From: an uncultured Phycisphaerales bacterium
Lineage (GTDB): Bacteria; Planctomycetota; Phycisphaerae; WQYP01
Direction: 5' to 3'
Assembly (NCBI GenBank): GCA_963766775.1
Contig: CAVYBP010000010.1
Span: 35,861-99,860 of the forward strand
DNA: 64,000 nucleotides
A program made the translations under genes and the position numbers. The notes under the pieces are model-generated. The model was not told the DNA's origin. It was given only the letters and a program-made list of their open reading frames with translations, and made no database searches. How positions within the stretch are numbered: position 1 is the first letter of the stretch; every line of letters begins with the position of its first letter. Positions 53,663 to 63,976 of this stretch are shown one piece after another.

Positions 53663-54442
53663 TTACTTGGATGCGTAAAGACGCCCAACGCTGGTCAGCG
53701 TTCCATTGCTGTTAAACAATGCCGCTGTCCCAAGCACGCCCGTGCCGGGCAGCGTACCGGTATACCACGAATAACGTTGCACATACGAGCGGCTGTTAAG
53801 CCCGGGGATCACAATATTGATGAATTTTTCAACTTCCGCAACTGACACTTTGGTGGGTGATTGCCAATCCGTCGGTGCGAATTCGGTGATCCAGAGAGGC
53901 TTCCCGTAGTTGTCGTGGACCGAATCGACGTAGTGCAGAAACGAGTTGGGATCCCGGATATAAGAATGCACCGTGAGGAAATCCATGCGGAGCTTTTTCT
54001 GATTGACCTGCTGCATGAAGGAACGCATCCACCCATCGTTATCGTCCGCGCACGCGGGGCTTCCGATCGGCAGCGATGATCCCGTCAAATACGAATATCC
54101 CTGAATCGCAAACGCCACGGACAAATTGGATTGGCTCGAATTGTCCGGCTCATTGAACGTCAGCAGATGCTTTGCACCCGCGGCTTTCAACGTGTTGGCC
54201 CAATGCACCGTGCTTCGAGCATCCGCGCCATAATATCCCCACGACATCGGAACGTATTCAACGCCCGAGGGTACATTGGACGGCCGCCCCGAACCCCAAT
54301 CATACGCCCACGTCGCATGTACCAAACCCGCTCTTGCGACATTACCGGCAACACCCTTCTTGGTATTCGCCGCATCCGCCTGCGACGACAAGCCCAGAAG
54401 TCCAAGACACGCGCAAAGCAACACCGCTAGCTTCAGCTTCAA
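53663..54442 (-). CDS. Secreted GH128-like (Glyco_hydro_cc) beta-1,3-glucanase
   Basis: GGAGG + TTG start, signal peptide; YDWG, EYVPMSWG, FNEPD, GSPA, DFLTVHSY, YGKPLWITEF, VQRYSW. Confidence 0.85.
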   Translation of the reverse strand: MKLKLAVLLCACLGLLGLSSQADAANTKKGVAGNVARAGLVHATWAYDWGSGRPSNVPSGVEYVPMSWGYYGADARSTVHWANTLKAAGAKHLLTFNEPDNSSQSNLSVAFAIQGYSYLTGSSLPIGSPACADDNDGWMRSFMQQVNQKKLRMDFLTVHSYIRDPNSFLHYVDSVHDNYGKPLWITEFAPTDWQSPTKVSVAEVEKFINIVIPGLNSRSYVQRYSWYTGTLPGTGVLGTAALFNSNGTLTSVGRLYASK

Positions 54443-54658
54443 AGGGAATCCTCCTGTAAAACCACCAAGTTCGCGAAATGAATCGACAGACGGACCAGAC
54501 ATGAAAGCGACGAATTGCCGCCTGGACTATGATCGTCCTGCTGCAATAAGTCAGATGCTATCGGAACATACCCCCAGCTTACAATCAATCAAGCAAAAAA
54601 TCAGGAGCCAAATGCGATATGTGGCTCCTGATCCTTTATCACGAATCCCCATCCCTCC

Positions 54659-55362
54659 TTACTTTTTCTTCTCCGCCGCCCCGGTGCCCCCACCTTTCCC
54701 GCTCGGCGCCCCATCATTCCCAATCAACCCATGCCGCTGATGCTGCCATAGTAGTCCCAGCACCGCAATCGACCCTACCAACAGCGGCATCAACACCGGT
54801 TTGTGATTCAGCGAATTTCCCACCTCGTTCGACCACGGCGTATATCGAATCAACAACGCCGCGCTCCCCAGCACAAACATCGTCGCCCCCTGCACGCACG
54901 TAAACAAAATGATCGACGTCTTGAACAGAATAAACGATAGCATCCCCAACACAATCAGCCCCATCAGCCCGCCCGCCCACGCCATCGACACCGGCTGTTC
55001 GCAGTACGCCCAGGCTGCCATCCCAACCACCGCTCCGACCAATCCGCCGCAAATCGCGACGGCATACTTCATCAGCGGCCAAGAAATTGCGCCAAACAGC
55101 AGCGCCCCCAGTACCGCCGCCACCGTCGCGATCTGCGCCGCTGTCCCAGCAACCCGCCCAGCCAAAAGCCCAGCGCGACGCAATTGAACATCACAATCCA
55201 TTTATAAGCCTTGAAACCAAAGAGAATCAGCAGCACACCGATCACCAGCAACGCCGCCGGAAAGAATAATTCCGCCGACACAAGTGAATCAATCACCTGA
55301 CTTTGTTCCGGAAGCGTGTGTGCCGCCAGCAGGGGCATGGGTATCAATAAGGATGCGATCAT
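54659..55362 (-). CDS. Multi-TM membrane protein (DUF4203/TMEM198-like), indel ~55140
   Basis: LILFGFKAYKWIV followed by Gly-rich TM helices, TCVQGA, GLLWQ. Confidence 0.65.
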
Positions 55363-55466
55363 GGAAACCTCCAATTCCGCACCTATCGGCCATCGGCTGC
55401 AAAATTCCGCACATTTCGTGGTGGCGGGGGAGGGTAGGGGGGGGAGGGGACGACAGAATGCCCGCG

Positions 55467-56302
55467 TTACGCCGCAGGCGGAGGGGGTGGTGATGGAACC
55501 ACTCGCCGCCGCAAATGCGAAGGCCAAAAAAATCGACGCTGCACCCCCATCCCCGCCACCGTCAGCACCCCGAGCATCAGATACCGAAACCCAGCGCGAG
55601 AAAATCCCCAAAACTCATATTGCGGTCCATACACATGCACCAGCGCATGCACCCCCGCCATCAACATCAGCGACCCCAGCAGCGCCGTCGTGACCCAAGT
55701 CGTCTGTCGCGCAAACCCAAACGCCACCAGCAGGGCCACTGCCGCGGTTCCAATCCCCACGATCAAAATCCGCTTTTGATGCACCGCCGGAATCGCCCCC
55801 CACCGATCCGCCAACGACTGCACCAGCGACGCAAAAAACGACGGGCCGCCCTGCTTCCGTGTCGTCGCCTGAGACGCCGCCGCCCCCGCCGGAAGCGCAT
55901 CCAGCGGAATCAATTGGCTCGAAATCGACGCCGTCTCCGTCGCCGCCGGCGAATTACCCAACGCCGGCAACACATGCCATCGATAATACGTGCCCCCGCG
56001 GCGATCCCCAGACACACCGCCAGCGTCACCCCCTGCAAAATCCGGAACCCCACCGCCCCCGCCAACGCCCCCGCCACAAACCCCACCAGCCCGCCCGTCA
56101 CCGCCGCGATCCCAAACACCAGCGGCAACAACCACGCACATGCCGTTCCCCCCGCCGCCCCCAACAGAATCGCCACCGAAAACCGCGCGATCTTCACCCC
56201 CGCCGCCCACACAATCAACCCCACAATCGCCACTAAAAACGCAATCCCTCCAAGGAGGCTCTGAGCTTCCGGCGGCAACATATCAATAAAAGAACCGGGC
56301 AT
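55467..56302 (-). CDS. Second DUF4203-like membrane protein with soluble insertion, indel ~56000
   Basis: IVWAAGVKIARF, Gly-rich TMs, TTALLGS, GMGVQ; tandem with the previous gene. Confidence 0.6.
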
Positions 56303-56373
56303 AGGCGTGATTCAATCATGGAGGATGGCGATAACGAAAACACAAAACTCATTATCATCATTTCCCGCCGCAC

Positions 56374-56422
56374 AACCACGCAAAAACTAAAAGCCAAGCG
56401 GCTCTTCAATTTTTGCGTGGTT
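56374..56422. terminator. Long hairpin downstream of the PEP-CTERM gene
   Basis: AACCACGCAAAAA...GCC-AAGC-GGC...TTTTTGCGTGGTT. Confidence 0.65.
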
Positions 56423-56447
56423 ATGTTTATCACGGTGGGCCCACGAC

Positions 56448-57219
56448 TTATATGCGACTGCCTGACCGCCGGCGGGTCGCGACGCGCCACGCCTCCTATC
56501 ACCAACAAGGCCAGAGACGTGGGCTCCGGAGTATTGATGACGAGGTTGAAATTATCAAAACCCTCCGAGATCGAATTTCCCGGTCCGCCAATGCCGGTCG
56601 AATGGCCTGAGTCGAAACCAAAATTGATCAGGCCGCCCGTGACGCTGAAATCCGGATTCTGGCTGAAGTCGACGAGTCCGTTCGGATTAATGCCGGAGGG
56701 ATCGCTGGCCATCAGCCCAAAACTCGCGGCCGTCAAGCCGGTGGAAGAAAGAGGGCTCCATGCCGCCGAAGGTGAGGTTAAGACGCTGGTGCTGTAAAAA
56801 TTCCCGCCCTGCTGCAGCACCACGCCGGCGTCCGCCACCCCGCCGCCGGCGAGCAGAATCACATCGATCGAAAAATCAATCGTTTGAATCGGATTGAGCG
56901 AAGGTGCGTAATTGGCGGCTCCGCTGAACAAGTATGCGTTTTCAATCCCGTTGCGAGTGCCCGCCGGGGCTGCGGAGAAGGTTGTTCTCTGCTGGTAATA
57001 CGCCGCCGGATTACCGCCGGTCGCAACGGTAAGTGCGGTCTCGCTGGACCCAGGTACGGTGCCAATCAAAAATTGGGCGCCCTGTGACCACGCCGCACCC
57101 CAGTTGCCATCAGAATAGGTGACCGTGGCCGTCGCGGGACGATTGGTCCATGTGAGTCCTGCCGCGACAATCGCCAGGGAAAACAACTTGCCACGAGCAT
57201 AAAGTTTTGACATCTTCAT
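56448..57219 (-). CDS. PEP-CTERM protein (~255 aa; indel in the sorting tail)
   Basis: Signal peptide; C-terminal TPEPTSLALLVIGGVA; a shifted frame gives ATRRRSGSRI* ending at 56448. Confidence 0.85.
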
Positions 57220-57775
57220 ATAAAAATCCTAAAAAGTGAGTAAAAAAATCGCATAATAGCAACGGCGGCGTTCGTATCCTTTTCCTATGAGAAAAAAAGC
57301 GCACGAAAAATACGCATAATCAACGTGCGAAATCTGGCTATTCCATCCGCGACAACACGGCCCGCGACAACGACGGCGCACCCTTCTGCGGAGACGCACA
57401 GCGCCAACGACAAAAAAACGCCGGCTCGCGCCGAAGTTCGTACTACTCACTCTCTCTCTTTTGGAAAACCGCCCGCTTTTGACATGACCACATGCCCGCA
57501 GGAGTCTGCTTAGACTATGGCTCAAATATTTAGTAGCGTCAACATAAATATAGAAGAATGTTTTCGGCTTGCGCCGTTCGATCGTCGATGGTGAACTTTT
57601 TCCACCCAACATCCTCCCCTTCCCCCCAACTGATTCCGCCCCATTCTTGGCTTACTCGTCTGACTCACGGGCAGCAAAAAAGACGCGAAGAAGATCGCTT
57701 TTAATCTTCTTCGTGCCTCGTTCAGCCGTGGTTAAATTATTTCTCCCCCCGCCGAGCCAGCGGCTCAAACCGAAT

Positions 57776-57898
57776 TTACGCTGCGCCCGCGCGACGCTTC
57801 CGGTTCAGCATCTGCCGACCCTTCTTCGTCCGCATCCGCGCCCGAAACCCGATCGCACGAACGCGCTTGCGGTTGGAAACTTTATGTGGGTAATGCAT
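57776..57898 (-). CDS. rpmH: 50S ribosomal protein L34
   Basis: GGAG RBS; MHYPHKVSNRKRVRAIGFRARMRTKKGRQMLNRKRRAGAA* with the L34 signature GFRARM.T..GR..L.R.R..G; below the ORF-track size cutoff. Confidence 0.92.
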   Translation of the reverse strand: MHYPHKVSNRKRVRAIGFRARMRTKKGRQMLNRKRRAGAA

Positions 57899-57974
57899 GA
57901 TCGTGCTCCCGAATATCCTGGCTCACATTCGTGAGCAAACTCTTTCCAGACAACTCTCGACGCGAGACAAAAGC

Positions 57975-60379
57975 CTACGATTTCACAATAATCGTCACGG
58001 CCTTATAGCTGCTGTTCCCTGCCGCATCCGTCGCGCGAACCGTGATTCGATGCGGCCCAACGCTCAATGGACGCGTCACCAAGGTGAACGATTCCTCAGG
58101 CGAATCGAAAATCTTATCAGAGGCGACCGCCGGTTGCCAGTCCCCGCCGCCAATTTGCCCATTCATCCCCCCATCCACCTGATACCGAACCTCCGTGACG
58201 GCCAAAAGGCCATCCTTCGCACTTCCAGTCACCGTCGCCTTATTCCCCTCCACCGTCGCGGCCAAATCCGTCATGGCAGGGGGGGTATGGTCAATAATAA
58301 ACGTCGCCGACGTTCGTGCCGCCTCAAGAGCCTCCCCCGCCGCGTTGTCCGGGCTGTCCGACGCCACGACCTTCACCTGATACCTCCCATCCGGCACCGC
58401 CCGAGTGTCCCACTCATACTCCTCCTCCTTCAAACCTCTCGCCAACGGCGTCCACACGTCCTTATCCTCTGCCGTTACCTGTTTGTAATACAGCCGATAC
58501 ACCATTCCGTCCCCATTCGGATCACTCGCCTCCCACGAAATATGCGACGATGGATCCGGCGGCAAAGACGTCTCCTCTGAATGGTTCAAAATATCCGCGT
58601 CCTCGCCTCCCCCCGGCAACTCCACCCCCACATTCTTGATCCGCGGCGGAAGATTCCTTGTCTGGTACCCCAGCCTCACCCCACTCACCGTCGGCACATG
58701 CGACTTCGACCCCGCACTCAGCGTCACCCGAAACTGCAGAAATCGACCCATCGGCGACCCGATCTTTGAACTCTCCCCCGTCTCCGCCCAATCCGACCAA
58801 AACTTCCCGTGCGCATCCACATCGTGCGTATTCCCACTCCGTGTCGCCACGGTCACTTTTGCACCCTCAGGCACCGTCGTGTCCATGATCGCATGTCCCC
58901 ACGAAGCGACATGTTCGGCATCCAGCACCTGCGAAGTAAATGCCCCCGTCTGCGCCGCCGCCGCCCCCATCTCGTACACCTGTGCCATGTTCCCCGTGCC
59001 CAACAACAGCTTCCCATCGCGGTCCGTAAACAGCGTCGAAATCTCCTGCTCCTTCACCCGCGCGATCAGCGCCAACGATTCATCCGCGATTCGATACGCA
59101 AAAAGCTTCCCTTCATCCCCCGTCCCGATCAGCAATTCACCCCCCGCCAGAAGCAACGAATAATTATTGCCCTGATCCTGCACCAGCGTCGTTACCAATC
59201 CATCGGCGGCAACACGATAGACCCCGCTCACATCTTCGCTGGAATTCGATTCTTCGAGATGCGCCGCCTTCCCCATCATTTTTGCCGACCGCGTCGTCGC
59301 GCTGTCTGGTTTATGTTTCGGTGCCCCCGCATTCTTCGACGGTTTCTCCGTCGCCGCCTTTTTCAAAAGCGCTTTCAACTCCGCGGAAAGATCCGGTTCC
59401 ACTGCCCCTAAAATCGTCCGAATGCCCGGATCAACAGAGCCTCTCCCCTGCGTCGAACCTGCTTTACCCTGATCCTCCACCGGCGGTTCAATCGGCTCTT
59501 TCTCTGGCAATCCAGGCTTGCTCTTCGTCTCCGGTTCCTCCGAACCCCCGCCTCCCAATCCCTCGCCTCCCAGCCCACTGTGATCGGCCATCTCCGCCTT
59601 CGCTGTCGCAACGTACAGATTCCCCTCCGAGTCTGTAATCATCGCATTGACATCCACCTTGCCCGCATCAAGCAGCACAAACGGTTTATTCGTCGCCGCG
59701 TCGACGCGAATCACCAGTCCATGCGCATCCGTCCCCACCATCAGATTGTTCGCTTTATCAAACGCCAGCGCCGTGACATTCTTCTGCCCTGTCTCCACCA
59801 CCACCGTTGGCTCACCTTCCGCGACAACTTTATATACTCTCCCGTGCGGCCCCGTCCCCAGATATATACCACCGTCCGCCCCCTCCTTAATCGCCCAGAT
59901 ATACTCCACATCCTTATTTTCAAAGCGCGTCGTTGCCGCCGATTTTTCGGGCGACGCACCGGGTACCAGCGAAATCAACCTCCGCTCTCCCCCGATAGCG
60001 CCACCCATAGATTCCCCTTCGCATCCGCCGTCATCGCGGTAATGTCATCAAACCCCGCCGGCACCGTGTAAACAACCGTCGTCTTCCCATCCTGAATGCG
60101 ATAAATCTTCGCATCCGGACTCGTCGCGACATACACCGCCCCATCCTTCGTCTGCGCAAATGCCTGCACGCTCTCCCCCGCACCCGCCGCCGGAATCGCC
60201 TTCAGCGTCCGCCCCAGCGTCAACTCGCCATAAGAATCCACCACCACATTCTCAAATCGCCCCTCTGCGAAATCCTTCTGCATCGAAAAATTCCACGACC
60301 GCGGCCGCGACGCATGCGCCGCGCCGCTCAGCATAAGCCCCACCACCACCGCCAACTTCACTATCCGACAACGACCCAT
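57975..60379 (-). CDS. Secreted beta-propeller + C-terminal Ig/FN3-like protein (indel ~60000)
   Basis: Signal peptide ending AHA; repeats GAVYVAT/GIYLGTG/NLMVGT/NLYVAT/LLIGTG/LLLGTG; TRSGN, GRFLQFRV, SWEASDPNGD, WDTRAVPDGRY. Confidence 0.8.
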
Positions 60380-60539
60380 GAGAACTCCAAAATGAACCGA
60401 AAAGAAGACAGAATCAAGAAGGCAAAAGGCGGAAAAAATTCAATCCCATGCTCTCCGCCACTCTGCCAAACCGCCTTCTCTCTTCAAAACAATAAAAACT
60501 CTTCGTGGCCCTTCGTCTCTTCATCCCTTCGTGTTTCCG

Positions 60540-62642
60540 TCACCCCCCCGGATCTCCCGCCGGCGCACTCGCCGGCGGCGGTGCCGTCGTTGGCACCCGC
60601 GTCGCCTTCAACATCCCCAACCCCGGCCCTGCCGCGCTGTGATCCGAACTCCCCTCAAAATACCGCTCATCCGCATGCCGATCCACATGCACTGTAAACG
60701 TCTGCCCCCCATCCGCAATCACCTGCCCCACCGTCATCTCCGACTGCACCACATCAAACACCGGCGTCGCGTCATTCCGCCGTTCACTCGCAAATAATGC
60801 CAACCGGCTCCCCGGCAGTCCCCCATGTTCGTGTCCCCCCACCGCCGCTCCCGAGATGTTCAGCACCAGCGTTGCGTACAACCGGTCATGCCGGTAATCC
60901 AAAAGATGCTGAATCGCCCGTTCCAGCCCGGCAATATCCCGTGGATCAAATCGTTGCGGCGCATACCCCGCCTCTTCGACCAGCGCCATCGCCGCAGAGC
61001 CCACCGACAACTCGTAATCGCCGTCTGCCGTTCCCTCCGGAATCTTGATCGTCATCGGCACGCTCATCGCCGCCTTCTGGAACGGCTTAATCTCCACCAT
61101 TGCCGTCAACGTATCCCCCGGCTCCGCGCTCAGCCGATCCAGCGTCACCGACATGATCTCCCCGCTGCGGCTCTTGCCCTCCACCGTCGCCTCCAGCGAT
61201 ACCCCCGTCAGCTTCAAATTCTCAAACGGATTGTCGCTCAGCATCGCCACCGGCAACAACGCGATCTCCGGATTAAACGACTCATTCGTCCCCAGCGAAT
61301 CCAATTTAATCGTCCTCGGCCCTGCGGACGAATGAAACCGAAGCTCTCCCGTCAGATGTGCCGTGTACTCGTTCGGCAATGCCCGATGACTCATCAACGA
61401 CTCCCCTACAATTGCCGTCAGCAACTCCGGCGTCAGATGTGGGTGAGGCGAAAGCTGATAATGAAACGTGTTATCCACCGTCCCATCCGCATGTTTCACC
61501 GCAAAGGTAATCGGCACGGTAGGGGGGATCGACGATTTCCCTTCAACCCCCACGATCCCCGTTTGTTCATCCGTCACCAAACTCCCCGTCGTCGCAATGC
61601 TCGTCCCCATCTTGAACGACACATTCACATTCGGCACGACCGTGTAAATGTAACTCGTCGCAATCGGCAGCGGCGATGCTCCCTCCCCCATAAACGCATG
61701 CCCAAACGCATAGACCTTCCCGTCCCGCACCTCCGTCACGGTCCCAATCGCCGAAAGATCCATATCCCCCGTCACCAGCGGAACCGCAATCGCGGACCCC
61801 GGTTCAAGCCGAATTTCCCCCGCATGGACATCCCCCAACCCGCCCAATTCGCTCCGTTCGCCCGACAAATCCGCCGTCGCCCCCGCCGACCCCCTCGCCA
61901 GCGGAAACAGAGTCGTCCCCGCCAGCGCCTCCCGCAACGTCGCCACCGTCCCCGCCGACGCACCCCCCACCATCAGCGGCGAAAGCAACGGCACCGCACC
62001 TGTCGCCAAACTCTCCGACCCACCCACCCCATTCTTCATCAGACTCCCGCTTCCCCCGCCCCGCCGCCGCAACGACGCCGCCACGGTCTTCCACCCCGGC
62101 AGTGCCGCCGCCTCTTTCGCGAAATAACTGTCCGTGCTCCAACGACCGCCCCTGCTCCCCCCGTTGCTCTGCCTCCCCTCCGACGGCCCACGATCCGCTC
62201 GAATCGCCAACATCTGCCGTATCGGCTGCACCCCCCCAATCGCATCCTTCGACATCCCCCACCCATACGCCACCGCCCCGATCATCTTCCCATCAATAAA
62301 CACCGGCGACCCGCTCATCCCCGCGATAATCCCCGAATGCTCCAAGCCCAGCCCCGAACACCGCACCAAAATCGCATTATTCCCCGGCGAAAAATTCCGA
62401 ACAACATCTATCACCTCCACATCAAACCGCTCAATCTTCCCCCCATGCATCACCGTCAACCCATACCCCTTCATGCCCGGCAACACCTTATCCTCAAAAA
62501 GATACCGCGCCGGATCAGGATTCTGCTCAATCGCTTGAGCCATCGGCTGTGTTGAAGTGGAGTCCGAACTTGCCGCGCCCGCAGCACCCGCCACCGAAAA
62601 AACGACCGCCGCCCCAATCAGCACGCGCAAAACACCAATCAT
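60540..62642 (-). CDS. Secreted SpoIVB-like peptidase S55 domain protein
   Basis: Signal peptide; GMKGYGLTV..G..IERFDVEVIDV, GIIAGMSGSPVFIDGKMIGAVAYG, IGTVT..DGKVYAFGHAF. Confidence 0.9.
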   Translation of the reverse strand: MIGVLRVLIGAAVVFSVAGAAGAASSDSTSTQPMAQAIEQNPDPARYLFEDKVLPGMKGYGLTVMHGGKIERFDVEVIDVVRNFSPGNNAILVRCSGLGLEHSGIIAGMSGSPVFIDGKMIGAVAYGWGMSKDAIGGVQPIRQMLAIRADRGPSEGRQSNGGSRGGRWSTDSYFAKEAAALPGWKTVAASLRRRGGGSGSLMKNGVGGSESLATGAVPLLSPLMVGGASAGTVATLREALAGTTLFPLARGSAGATADLSGERSELGGLGDVHAGEIRLEPGSAIAVPLVTGDMDLSAIGTVTEVRDGKVYAFGHAFMGEGASPLPIATSYIYTVVPNVNVSFKMGTSIATTGSLVTDEQTGIVGVEGKSSIPPTVPITFAVKHADGTVDNTFHYQLSPHPHLTPELLTAIVGESLMSHRALPNEYTAHLTGELRFHSSAGPRTIKLDSLGTNESFNPEIALLPVAMLSDNPFENLKLTGVSLEATVEGKSRSGEIMSVTLDRLSAEPGDTLTAMVEIKPFQKAAMSVPMTIKIPEGTADGDYELSVGSAAMALVEEAGYAPQRFDPRDIAGLERAIQHLLDYRHDRLYATLVLNISGAAVGGHEHGGLPGSRLALFASERRNDATPVFDVVQSEMTVGQVIADGGQTFTVHVDRHADERYFEGSSDHSAAGPGLGMLKATRVPTTAPPPASAPAGDPGG

Positions 62643-62691
62643 GTCGACACCTGCTCAAGAACCGATGCAATGCGGGTTTCGATCACGGCGT

Positions 62692-62720
62692 ACTCTACGA
62701 CCGCACGCCACGGGATTCAA
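62692..62720 (-). promoter_or_regulatory. Sigma-70-type promoter for the S55 operon
   Basis: TTGAAT-N17-TAGAGT on the minus strand, 50 nt upstream of the ATG. Confidence 0.5.
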
Positions 62721-62877
62721 ACCCGCTCCCCCGCTTGTGACTCGGGACACGCAAGTCGCGGCCTCGCCAGATAAGTCGACAAGTTATGAGTTATAAGGAA
62801 TTCAACGGAGGGGAATGAGAAGATTACACCCGAGGAACCCCTCTGCAAGGCTGCTGCGGCACGCCTTTGTCCGTCAG

Positions 62878-62911
62878 CAAAAATAAAACCGGCCCTTTAC
62901 CAAGGGCCGGT
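62878..62911 (-). terminator. Rho-independent terminator
   Basis: Minus strand ACCGGCCCTT-GGTA-AAGGGCCGGT-TTTATTTTT. Confidence 0.88.
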
Positions 62912-62931
62912 GATCACACTTCGATTGCAGG

Positions 62932-62973
62932 TTATCCGATTCGGACACCTTCCAATTTGGGTTCGCTCATCAT
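62932..62973 (-). CDS. Candidate 13-aa micro-ORF MMSEPKLEGVRIG
   Basis: AAGGAG RBS overlapping the upstream stop, ATG 7 nt later, inside the same transcript before the terminator. Confidence 0.35.
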   Translation of the reverse strand: MMSEPKLEGVRIG

Positions 62974-62983
62974 AGCTCGCTCC

Positions 62984-63976
62984 TTAATGCAACTGCTGGA
63001 TTATTACCGCGTAGCCTTGGTTTTTCAAGATAATTCCATCATGTTTCCTGCGCAACTCATTATTGTTGGGGGTTTCAATCGGCTCAAACTCCTGTGGCGT
63101 GCCCAAATCCTGCCAAATGACCCGTATACCATCGGCATAATTCACTCGTACCGTCATTTTTTGGATAATACTCAGGGCCGCAAAGCTCTTCATGGGGTCA
63201 AGCCGTATGTTTTGAGTGACAGTTTTCGTGGCTTTCATGTGATAAATTCGTTTTCCAGACAAAACGATCTTCAACCGCTCTATTTTATCGGTCTTCTGCT
63301 CCATGACGGGGACTACGGGTTTTTTATCCACGATAAACATTAAATCCATATCAATAGCACCAGTCGCGGCACCCGCAACGCCCGGTGCAGCTGGATAACG
63401 TTCGTAATGGAAATGGATGGGTTCGCCGGGAAAATCCGTCACAATGTCATATTCTGTAACATCAACAATTTTTACGAGCCCTGTTTTTTGGTCCAAAAAC
63501 TCGATGCATATCGTTGTTTCCATGTCCTTCAAAAAATATTTTCGATCCTCGACGAGATATTCCTGCAGTTTGTCCGCAAACTGCTCGTGAATGTCGCGGA
63601 ACCTTTCTGACAGCATCGAAGAAGAAACATTTTTCCAAACTTCAACCCGGTCCGTCCTTTTCTCCAAAAATTCCTTCCCCAAAACAACTCTTTGAGCCTT
63701 CTCATAAAAATAGTTTGAATAATCCTCTGCATCCAGCAGCCACCCAATTACCGCACCTAATAACAACATTTCGCCGAGTCTTCCCAAACCATCGACCGTC
63801 AGAGTGTAGGCCAAACTTCGTTCCTTATTCACCGCTTCCCGCGTCGTGGCACCCCCCTCTGCTCTGGGTGCGCTCTTAAGAAAAAACGCCATTGCAACCA
63901 AAATCAGGCCTATGGCAAATACTATTCCCGCGCGATTTCGCGTCGTCTGCCTGACCACCAAATCCTTAATCCCCAC
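62984..63976 (-). CDS. Low-GC hypothetical protein with two N-terminal TM helices
   Basis: 330-aa ORF with GAGGAG RBS; two hydrophobic helices followed by a large beta-rich soluble domain; AT-richer than the flanks. Confidence 0.75.
   Translation of the reverse strand: MGIKDLVVRQTTRNRAGIVFAIGLILVAMAFFLKSAPRAEGGATTREAVNKERSLAYTLTVDGLGRLGEMLLLGAVIGWLLDAEDYSNYFYEKAQRVVLGKEFLEKRTDRVEVWKNVSSSMLSERFRDIHEQFADKLQEYLVEDRKYFLKDMETTICIEFLDQKTGLVKIVDVTEYDIVTDFPGEPIHFHYERYPAAPGVAGAATGAIDMDLMFIVDKKPVVPVMEQKTDKIERLKIVLSGKRIYHMKATKTVTQNIRLDPMKSFAALSIIQKMTVRVNYADGIRVIWQDLGTPQEFEPIETPNNNELRRKHDGIILKNQGYAVIIQQLH

Noticed and set aside
307-60379. Widespread frameshifts read as pseudogenes or programmed frameshifting
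   Set aside because: They hit essential genes (trmD, rplS, rho), often at homopolymers or as compensating pairs, and I saw no accompanying in-frame stop decay; typical of long-read indel error
62705-62730. tRNA T-arm-like GGGTTTGAATCCCG (minus strand)
   Set aside because: No cloverleaf, TTC is replaced by TTT, no CCA; it fits a -35 box with 17-nt spacing instead
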